A DNA stretch of 64,000 nucleotides from Candidatus Hydrogenedentota bacterium. GTDB lineage: Bacteria; Hydrogenedentota; Hydrogenedentia; Hydrogenedentales; SLHB01. Shown here one piece after another: positions 29,125-37,053 of this stretch. The DNA lies in contig CAXXYE010000008.1 in NCBI GenBank assembly GCA_963674865.2, forward strand, positions 64,001 through 128,000, written 5' to 3'. The notes under the pieces are model-generated. The model searched no databases. It was not told where the DNA came from and saw nothing but the letters and a program-made list of their open reading frames with translations. The position numbers and the translations under genes are program-made. Position 1 is the first letter of the stretch, and the number at the start of each line of letters is the position of its first letter.

Positions 29125-30099
29125 ATGAACATCGCCCGTTGGCTTCGCGAAGCGATTCGCAGGAATATCGCACCCGGTTGCACCAGCCCGCTCAAGAAAC
29201 ACGCCATCGCCAAGCTGTTCATGTGGGAAGCGGGCGGAGTGATCTTGCTCTGGAGCATCCACATGCTGGTGGTGGGCCTCAGTGCCGTCGAAACCAGGTA
29301 CGATTATCCGGATATATTCAATCTAATCGCCATCTTGTGTACTGCGGGCCCCCCTTGTCTCTGGTTGCTGTGCGACTCAGGCCTTTCTCGGGAGGACTTG
29401 CGCCTTATCATCGGCCCGCGACCCACGAGAAGAATGTGGCTCTTCGCAATCCTCACCGCCGGCTCCACGCTATTCGCTGTGAAGGGCATTAACACCCTCG
29501 TATTCTACCTTCTTTCGGCGTCGACTCCGGCATCTGTCGAGGGCCGCTTCACTGTAAGCCAGTTAGTGTGGAAAGGCGTCGCTCCTTACCCCATCGTGCT
29601 CGGTGTCTACGTGATCGCCGTGGCGCCGTTCCTCGAGGAGCTTCTCTTTCGCGGGGTTCTACTTGCACACTGGAGCGCGAGACTCGGACTCACGTCAGCT
29701 ACACTGCTCACCACGTTTCTGTTTGCTTCCTACCATGAGCCTCCTCTTGGGCCTCTGGCGGCCCTGGTGGCGGGTTCGGCGTGCGCCGCCTTGTACGTGC
29801 GGGCCCGAACGCTGGTTATTCCCATCGCGTGTCATCTGCTATACAATCTGCTCAGTGTCGGCATACCTGTCGCGGGCTGGATGCTCGCCACCGAGAACGA
29901 GCCCATGGCAACGGCGGCGGAATACCGCCGCGTCCTACTTGTCTGCTGGATATCGTGTCTTGCGCTCGGGGTTCCCTGGTGGGCATATCTGCTGTGGTCG
30001 ATGCCGGGCGGGCGGAAAGCCTGTGCGCCATATTTCATGAACCTCACCGCAAAGAACGCCGCGGCGGAGGCGCAGCAGGCCTCGTCCAAGTCCCTGTAG
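29125..30099 (+). CDS. CPBP (CAAX/Abi, Rce1-like) intramembrane metalloprotease
   Basis: EELLFRG, FASYH and HLLYN motifs; multi-TM. Confidence 0.88.
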   Translation: MNIARWLREAIRRNIAPGCTSPLKKHAIAKLFMWEAGGVILLWSIHMLVVGLSAVETRYDYPDIFNLIAILCTAGPPCLWLLCDSGLSREDLRLIIGPRPTRRMWLFAILTAGSTLFAVKGINTLVFYLLSASTPASVEGRFTVSQLVWKGVAPYPIVLGVYVIAVAPFLEELLFRGVLLAHWSARLGLTSATLLTTFLFASYHEPPLGPLAALVAGSACAALYVRARTLVIPIACHLLYNLLSVGIPVAGWMLATENEPMATAAEYRRVLLVCWISCLALGVPWWAYLLWSMPGGRKACAPYFMNLTAKNAAAEAQQASSKSL

Positions 30100-30154
30100 C
30101 CCCGGCTTCGAGCGCTAGGGAACGGGCGCTCGTTTCGCTAGTGCCTTTGCCCCA

Positions 30155-30193
30155 AATGACTTGACGCGCGGCGCAATTGGCAATCCGGCCACC
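30155..30193 (+). repeat. Dispersed 39-bp element, copy 2 (partner at 6025-6063)
   Basis: AATGACTTGACGCGCGGCGCAATTGGCAATCCGGCCACC; 36/39 identical to the reverse complement of 6025-6063. Confidence 0.8.
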
Positions 30194-30197
30194 TTCC

Positions 30198-30226
30198 TTG
30201 AAAGGCCTGATTGAGGGTGCTACCTT
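30198..30226 (+). promoter_or_regulatory. Putative sigma70 promoter upstream of yitJ
   Basis: TTGAAA, 17-nt spacer, TG-extended TACCTT. Confidence 0.4.
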
Positions 30227-30279
30227 TCGTGTCGGGCTGTCCTTTTCTTGAGGATGGTTCATCATTCGGTGTTAAGTTG

Positions 30280-30447
30280 GTGTTCTGACTCATAGATGAC
30301 GGCGCTTATCTGCAGATGAAGAAGCGTCAGGAGGAAGCGAAGAACGGGGACTGACGCAAGCGGAGCGAAGCGACGACGTGTCTGTCCCTGCTTTTCGCCC
30401 TGTCTTTCGAGGCAAGAACAAGACGCCATCAGAGTGAGTCATATCAC
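30280..30447. mobile_element. MITE-like element with imperfect terminal inverted repeats and an internal REP-like hairpin
   Basis: Left end GTGTTCTGACTCATAGATGACGGCG versus reverse complement of right end GTGATATGACTCACTCTGATGGCG; internal GGGGACTGAC...GTCTGTCCCT stem. Confidence 0.45.
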
Positions 30448-30462
30448 TGGGAGAAGTGCGCG

Positions 30463-32296
30463 ATGGGTGTTTTCTCGGAATATGACCTGGGCCAAACCGT
30501 CCTGATCGGAAGCGGGGCCGTCGGGACGTGCCTGCGCCGGAGAGGCGGCGCAACGGATGAGCCCGTTGAACTCCTCAACCTTCGGCAACCTGAGGTCGTG
30601 AAGGAACTCCACGTTGCGTACCGGGAGGCGGGGTCGCAAATCCTTGTGGCGAATACCTTTGCGGCCCATCCTGTCGCTCTTGAGGATGCCGGCGTCAGCG
30701 ACCTCTGCGGTGAAGTGAATCGCGCCGGGGTCGCCTTGGCACGCGAGGCGGCCGATGGGGCGTGCATGGTATGGGCCTCCGTCGGCCCGCTGAGGCTGGG
30801 GCCTGCGGCTGGACGATTTCCAGGATGACGAGTTGCTGCGGTTCTATCGCGAGCAATGCGCCCATTTGGCGGGCGCCGACGCCTTGTTGCTGGAAACCTT
30901 CGAGGATCTGCGCGAGGCGCGCGCCGCGCTCGAAGCGGCCGCCGGGACGGGGCTGCCCATTGTGTTCCAGGTCGGCAACACCGGCGGCGGGCCGAGAAAA
31001 TGGGAGCGCATCGACGCGCTCTTGTCCGAGGCCCACCGGGCGGGCGCCGCGGCCGTGGGGACGAACTGCCGGCACCCAGACGACATTGTCCCGGTGGCGT
31101 CGTACATCGCGGCCCATACCAACCTTCCCGTCACGGCCTCACCGAACGCCGGCCATCCGCGCATCGAGCGCGGCCTGGTGACGTATGAGTTCACGCCGGA
31201 CGAACTCGCCGACGTGGGCGCCCGGCTGGCCGCCGTCGGCGTGGCAGTCGTTGGCGGCTGTTGCGGCACCACGCCGGAGCACGTCCGCCGCTTGGCGCAG
31301 GCCTTGGGCGGGCGGCCCGTCGTGCCCCGCCAACGCATCGAGGCCCCCGCCCCAAGCGTCTCGCGTGTTCCCGAAGCGGAAGGGGTGCGGCCGAATCCCG
31401 TCCGCGACCTTATCCGCTCGTCTCGCTTTGTCATCAGCGTCGAGATACGGGCCGATCGAATGCGGCCCGTCGAGGCGATTGTTAAGGGCGCCTCAGAGAT
31501 CGCCGAGGCCGGGGCGGACATGTTCGATGTGCCCGACAATCCAGGCGCGACGGTCGGCCGCGACGCCATGGTAACGGCCGCGAGGCTTCAGGAAACCCTG
31601 GCCTTGCCGGCCATTGCCCACACGTCCGTTACGCAAGCGAATCTTATGAAGCTCCACTCGCTCCTTATCGGGTCGTGGGACCTCGGACTGCGCGGCCTGC
31701 TGGCCATCACCGGCGACGCCCCGTCCATGGGACATCTCGGCAACCTGGCCCACCGCGTCGGCGACCTGAGGAGTTCAGTCGAGCTTCTCCGGCTCATCGG
31801 GCGGCTTCGGGAGGGGACGATCATCAACGGCGAGGAAGTCGCCGACCCGCCCGATTTCTGCGCCGGGTGCGCCGTCGGACAAGGCACACCCGCCCAGGTG
31901 AGGTGGCTCGAGAAGAAGGTGGATGCCGGCGCCGAGTTCATCTTTTCGCAGCCCGTGTTCACCCTCGACGACTATCAGCGGCTGCGCGATGCCGTGGCCG
32001 AACTCCCCATCCGCTTCTTCCCGGGACTGATGCCTCTGGTGAGCCGGCGCAACGCGGAATTCCTGGCGGGGGGGCGCATCCCCGGCATCATCGTGCCCGA
32101 CGAGATCGTCGCGGCCTTCGCGCAGTATTCCTCCGCCGAGGATCAACGCCGGTTCGGATTGGAGCAGGCGGCGCAACTGGCCGTGGACATCGCGCGCGAT
32201 GCTCGCGGCCTTTACCTCATCATGCCCTTCGGCAAGCGCTGCTACGCCGAAACGGCCGGCATCGTCCGCGCCGTGAGGAAAACGCATCAGGCGTAA
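30463..32296 (+). pseudogene. yitJ: Bifunctional homocysteine S-methyltransferase / methylenetetrahydrofolate reductase (YitJ-like), split by a +1 frameshift (real or sequencing error)
   Basis: ORF1: GAVGT, VKELHVAYREAGS, ANTF, ASVGP. ORF2: LETF, GTNC, PNAG.P, GGCCGTTPEH, then an MTHFR domain (DVPDNP, LAITGD, KVDAGAEFIFSQP). Removing one G from GGGG at 30798-30801 gives a 610-aa ORF. Confidence 0.85.
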
Positions 32297-32308
32297 GGAT
32301 GCTTGCCC

Positions 32309-34258
32309 TCAGCCGCGGACGCGTTTGAGGTAGCCTCGCGGATTCCACGTGATGAAGAAGGACTCGCGCGAGCGATCCACCTCGAAGTCGTCCGTTTCGC
32401 GCAGGAACTGCTCAACCGCCTCGTAGGGCCCTGGGCAGGGGCCGATGTCCACGCCGTGGTGGCAATTCGAGTCCTCGATGATGAGGTAGCTGCCCAGCGT
32501 CACGAGTGGGCCATAGGTTTGCAGGACAGCGAGCGTGTTCTCGTACGAATGCGAGCTGTCCTCGATCACGAGCACGGTTTCGCCGGACTGGATGGCCGCC
32601 TGCACCTTCGGGAAGGATTGGCAGGCTTCGCCGCTGAAAAGCGTGATCCGGGGGTGCTCTTTCACGAAGGCCGGCACGGTTTCATGCTGGTGGTCCAGGC
32701 CGATGATCCGCCCCTTGCCCAGGTGGTCGAGAATGTGCGCCATGGCGAGCGCGCCGCCGCCGTAAGCCGTTCCCACCTCCACGATGACATCCGGCTGGAC
32801 CTCGACGATAATCTCCCGATACACCCAGAAATCGAGTGGATTCTTGAGGGTTTTCACCCCGAAGTACGTTGTTTTGTTCGCAATTCGCTTCTGAATGAAC
32901 GCCATGGCCGTCTTCACCGGCATGTTCAGGTTGTGTTCCATGGCCGGCGGATTGAGCAAGTCGGAGGCTTCCGGCACGGCCTCGATGTCGGCCGCTTTGA
33001 CGAGAGCCATCGGGGCTTCGCAGCATCGCAGCTCTCCCGGACCTCCCCGCAGGACCACCACCATCCCGCCGCAGGTTTCGCAGCGATAGACTTCCTGCCG
33101 CTCGGTGGCTCCGTGTGCCCCGGCGGGCTGATACCGCTCGCGCGACAACTCCACCGGCGTATCGAACATGGCGATGGCGTTGTCTAAAGGCACACCGGCG
33201 TGAAGCAGCGTTGTGGAGCCGAGGAAGTATCCCTTGGCCTCTGTGTCCGCGATGGCCTGACGGCAGGTGTCTCGTACCTTGTCCGGCGTGCCGAAGGGCA
33301 GCAACTGGCTCACGTCGATGCCTCCCGCCAGGAACAGGCCTGGATACTTCGCGCGGACATCCTTAACCGTCATCCCCGCCAAGGTTTCGAGCGGATTGAG
33401 CCCGTCTATGCCCGCGGCGACCAGGTCATCCATGATGTCCCACAAGTTGCCGTCGGAATGAAATAGGCATAGCGTGTCGTGCTCATGCCAGGCATCCACG
33501 AGTCGCTTGAGACGCGGAAGCCAGAGGTCGCGCAGCCAGTCCGGCGGGAAGATGGTGCCCGTCTTATGGGCGATATCGTCGAACACCAGGGCAATCGGGA
33601 CATAGTGCGGGTCGGCGATGGCCGCCACGCGCCGCAGCTCGGCCCGGTGATTCGCTTCGAGCCATTCCTCGACGAGGCCCGGGCGCTCGGCCGCGAGCAG
33701 CGTGAACATCTCGAGTCCCGGCCCGGTGAACATGGGATTGAGGCCGACGCTGCTCTCGAGCACATACATCGCCGGATCGAGCCGGCCCGTCGGATCCCCC
33801 TCGGCGAAGGCCGCCCACTGCTGTTCCACCATCCGGCCCAGCAGTTCGGCATGGGCCTGGCCGTAAGCCTTGGTGTTTGCGTCGCGGATACGCTCCTCGA
33901 CCCATACCGCGAAGCCGGCCACGTCTTCAAAGGGCCGCTCAATCACCCATGCCGACCACGGCTCGATCTGCATCACGAGCCCGTCGTCCGTTTGCCCGCG
34001 ACCCGTGCGTTGCGGGCCGCCAACGAAGCGAGTCATGTCCAGCACGGCCCCGGCAGCCACCCCCGCAAGGTGATCCCCGTTCTCCGGCGTCAGCTTCTGG
34101 CCGGCGTAATGCTCGATGATCGTCTCGTTCTGGAGGATATCGAATACGGGCACCCGATCCGTTTCCTCGAACCGGGCTGCGCGCAGCACCCGTTCCCGTT
34201 TCGTCATGATGGCCATGGCCGTGGTTCTGTCCCGGCGCCGGAGGCGGCGAGAAGTCAT
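32309..34258 (-). CDS. Three-domain fusion: URO-D family barrel + desulforedoxin-type Fe(Cys)4 domain + CmcI-family methyltransferase
   Basis: MTKRERVL...DRVPV, DDIA, FHSDG, IDGLNPLE, GGID (URO-D); YRCETCG...LRCCEAPM (desulforedoxin); KNPLDFWVY, PDVIVEVGT..GG, EDSSH, GSYLIIED, P.GYLKR (CmcI). Alternative starts at 34216 or 34207. Confidence 0.85.
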   Translation of the reverse strand: MTSRRLRRRDRTTAMAIMTKRERVLRAARFEETDRVPVFDILQNETIIEHYAGQKLTPENGDHLAGVAAGAVLDMTRFVGGPQRTGRGQTDDGLVMQIEPWSAWVIERPFEDVAGFAVWVEERIRDANTKAYGQAHAELLGRMVEQQWAAFAEGDPTGRLDPAMYVLESSVGLNPMFTGPGLEMFTLLAAERPGLVEEWLEANHRAELRRVAAIADPHYVPIALVFDDIAHKTGTIFPPDWLRDLWLPRLKRLVDAWHEHDTLCLFHSDGNLWDIMDDLVAAGIDGLNPLETLAGMTVKDVRAKYPGLFLAGGIDVSQLLPFGTPDKVRDTCRQAIADTEAKGYFLGSTTLLHAGVPLDNAIAMFDTPVELSRERYQPAGAHGATERQEVYRCETCGGMVVVLRGGPGELRCCEAPMALVKAADIEAVPEASDLLNPPAMEHNLNMPVKTAMAFIQKRIANKTTYFGVKTLKNPLDFWVYREIIVEVQPDVIVEVGTAYGGGALAMAHILDHLGKGRIIGLDHQHETVPAFVKEHPRITLFSGEACQSFPKVQAAIQSGETVLVIEDSSHSYENTLAVLQTYGPLVTLGSYLIIEDSNCHHGVDIGPCPGPYEAVEQFLRETDDFEVDRSRESFFITWNPRGYLKRVRG

Positions 34259-35526
34259 CCTCCGTTGTCGTTGTCCTTGACGATCACGTCCTCTTTGGGC
34301 TTGTCCACGACAATGTAGTCGTTCTCGATAGGGCCGCGGAAGGAATTGCCGCGGATGACGATCTGCCGGACGCCCTCCGTTACACGGACTGCCGAGTGCT
34401 GGTGTTCCGAGGTGTAGAAGATGTTGTTGACAACTTGGAGATCCCGCGTCTGAGTTTCCCAGCGCTCCATGTTGTCAATGCGGATCTCGGAGTCCCGCTC
34501 GGCGTCATCCTTTCGGCCGTTTTCGCGGAAGATGTTGCCGCTGATGGTGCAGCCCATGATGTCCGGCGCCCACAGGCCTTCCCGGCCACTGAACTCAACG
34601 ACGTTGCCCTGCAATGTGCAGAACCGGCTATCCCGTTCGATGGTGACTCCGCGCGATCCGTTGCCCGACACGAGATTGTTCGCGGCCAGCACCTGATCGC
34701 ATCCTTCGACGAAGTACCCGCCCATCTTGCTGGTGATGACACGGTTGTTGGTGAAGCGCCCCTGGTGGGAGTGGTAGAAGTGCGTGCCGTCGGAGCGCGA
34801 TCCTTCGAGCAGACATCCATCCACTACCCAGTCGTTCACGAAGTAGAAGGCGATGTTGCCCTGATCGTGGCGGTCGCTGCCTTTGGCGGGCCCCGTCTCT
34901 GGTTCGAGATAGTCGGTGTACTGATTACAACACCGGCGTGTGATGACATCGTGGATGCGCACGTCCGTGATGGGAGTGCCCTCGGCGTCGGCAAACATGC
35001 CTATGGCATTGCTCGACAAGTCCTCGAAGCTCATGTCGCGGACATAGATGCCGGCGCAACGGCCGAAGATGCGTATGCCGGCGATGTTGGTGGCGCAATC
35101 CCAGTTTTCGCGCTTGCCGATGACTGTGCCGCCTTGGAAGCGGACATTCTGGACATTCTTGCTGTGGAAGGCGTGGCCATCCCTGTCGAGGTTCTCGGCG
35201 AACACGAACCGCGCGCCGTACATGGAGAGCGTTGTGTTCGAGTGGACCTCCAGCCCCTCAGCTTGATCGAGCAGGTACGTTATCGGTGCAAACACGACGG
35301 TTCGCCCGGCGCGCCCCGCGGCATCGAGCGCGCTTTGAAGTTCCGCCACGTAGCTCACCGACCCGTCCGTGACGTATCCTTTCGGAAGGAAATCCAAGAC
35401 GGAGATCGGATCGTTGTCCGGCGCCGGGACTCCCTTGGCGCCCGGCCTCACGTCCGCAATCGCGCAGCCTGAGGCCAAGCCAATTAGAAGCAGCGCCAGT
35501 GCACCAATCCCAAACACAGCGAGCAT
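34255..35526 (-). CDS. Right-handed parallel beta-helix (pectin lyase-like) lipoprotein
   Basis: Lipobox LASGC; SVLDF..G..DG N-terminal motif; repeated ..NN....N...G Asn-ladder coils; GGAGG RBS before ATG 35526. Confidence 0.82.
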   Translation of the reverse strand: MLAVFGIGALALLLIGLASGCAIADVRPGAKGVPAPDNDPISVLDFLPKGYVTDGSVSYVAELQSALDAAGRAGRTVVFAPITYLLDQAEGLEVHSNTTLSMYGARFVFAENLDRDGHAFHSKNVQNVRFQGGTVIGKRENWDCATNIAGIRIFGRCAGIYVRDMSFEDLSSNAIGMFADAEGTPITDVRIHDVITRRCCNQYTDYLEPETGPAKGSDRHDQGNIAFYFVNDWVVDGCLLEGSRSDGTHFYHSHQGRFTNNRVITSKMGGYFVEGCDQVLAANNLVSGNGSRGVTIERDSRFCTLQGNVVEFSGREGLWAPDIMGCTISGNIFRENGRKDDAERDSEIRIDNMERWETQTRDLQVVNNIFYTSEHQHSAVRVTEGVRQIVIRGNSFRGPIENDYIVVDKPKEDVIVKDNDNGG

Positions 35527-35591
35527 CTTGTTTTTCCTCCTGATATTGCCATCCGTCCGCATGAGCTTGAAACACTCAACCTCGTCCGGAC

Positions 35592-36869
35592 TCATCCTTC
35601 TGGGGCGAGGGCCGCATCGATGCTGAGAGGCACCAAGAAATCGATGCCGCCCTTGATGATGATGTTGGCCTGATCTGCGTCGCAAATCATATCGGCATGG
35701 CCGAAGATGTGGATATCACCCAGGTTCATATCTTCCATGAAATACTGTTTGCCGCAGACGGGCCGCGCCGATGATGTGGCGAAGAGAATGTTTTCCCGCA
35801 CGCAGAGATTCGAGCAAGGCCCCATGGCCGAATTGAAGTAGTCCAACATCAGCGTCGGCGCTTGCCCCGTCTCGAGGGCGTCCGCGGGGCGGAATCCGCA
35901 CACGCCTACATAGTCGCTGAACATGTTCCCGACGAAGAGCGTATCCCCCGCGACGGCCATGGAGAAGGGATGCGTCAGCCTCCCGATAGCAGGCGTGATC
36001 ACGGCGTCCGGCAGCTGCTCGTCTGATAGATCGTCCGCAGGACTGAAAACGAAGAGAGTCGAACTCGAAGAATGCGTGTGGGCGTATAGGACGTTGTTCT
36101 CGACGAGTACCTTCCAGATCGGCGCTGTCATGTTCGAGAAAGAAGGCCCCGACAGCGTCACGTCGGCCTCGATGGCCGCGTCCGCGAGGTACTCGTCCAT
36201 GAAGTCGTAGTACACCTCCATGCCGCCGCTGAGCCAGGAGACGAACAGGTGGCCGTTCTCATCCAGTTCGACCCCCGAAAGCATGTTTCTGGCCGCGTCG
36301 GGTGCGATGGCTATATCGGGCAAGTCGTCCGTCTCGATAGTCGCGGCGTTTTGCCAGATGAGAAGGCCGCGGTAGAAGTCCGTCACGAAGAGGCAGCCCT
36401 CGGCTACGAACAGTTCCCAGGGCCCCTGGGAGGAGGATACGTTAGCGAGCAGCGTGACGTCTGGTTCATCATAATCGCTGTGGCTGCGGTAATCGCGCCA
36501 GATGTAGACACGTCTGGCCGACTGATCGACAAGGTAGAGATCGCCTTCGTTCAGTTCGACGTCCACCGGATTGCCCACCGAAATGGCCTTCTCCTCGGCA
36601 GGTTCGGGAATGCCCAGGACCAGATCCGCCGCTGGTTGAACGCTGGAGTCTTCAAGGGCTGCGTTGAGCACATCGAAGTAAACCAGCACTTTCGGCTGCT
36701 CAAGCTCCCAACTCGCCTCCGATTTCCCCGTCTGAAGGCCCATGTCTCCGACAACGAGGTCCATCACCGGCGGATCCACAAGCGGGAGGCGCGGGGCCGG
36801 TTCCGTCCACGGGCAGCCCGCCGCTCCCAATAGGAGCAGCATTGCCGAAAGAACTCGTGCATATCGCAT
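35592..36869 (-). CDS. Lipoprotein with beta-propeller-like repeats
   Basis: Lipobox AAGC; repeated LYLVD/LFVTD/LFVSW/LFVGN blades each followed by PD(V/I/A)-like linkers. Confidence 0.72.
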   Translation of the reverse strand: MRYARVLSAMLLLLGAAGCPWTEPAPRLPLVDPPVMDLVVGDMGLQTGKSEASWELEQPKVLVYFDVLNAALEDSSVQPAADLVLGIPEPAEEKAISVGNPVDVELNEGDLYLVDQSARRVYIWRDYRSHSDYDEPDVTLLANVSSSQGPWELFVAEGCLFVTDFYRGLLIWQNAATIETDDLPDIAIAPDAARNMLSGVELDENGHLFVSWLSGGMEVYYDFMDEYLADAAIEADVTLSGPSFSNMTAPIWKVLVENNVLYAHTHSSSSTLFVFSPADDLSDEQLPDAVITPAIGRLTHPFSMAVAGDTLFVGNMFSDYVGVCGFRPADALETGQAPTLMLDYFNSAMGPCSNLCVRENILFATSSARPVCGKQYFMEDMNLGDIHIFGHADMICDADQANIIIKGGIDFLVPLSIDAALAPEG

Positions 36870-37053
36870 GGCCAAGCATCTCCCCTCGATAGTGGCCGCC
36901 GCTGTGAGAGCTTCGGCAGACCGCCTTTCCCAGTTGTGTCTCAGCAGCGTATCATGGCATTGTCTTCGAGGTAAAACGTCGGCACACCGGAACGATCCCA
37001 CACGACCTACTGCCCGGCAAGTCCAGTGGCTGGTCTTTGAAGGAGGATATGTC

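Noticed and set aside
30200..30462. SAM, SAH or cobalamin riboswitch upstream of yitJ
   Set aside because: CTTATC is present, but the SAM-I core (AGAG, kink-turn, GCAACC, GGTGC) is not; no cobalamin or SAH consensus found by eye.
30826..30828. TGA read-through (selenocysteine or recoding) joining the two yitJ ORFs
   Set aside because: The downstream ORF is in a different frame, so read-through cannot join them.
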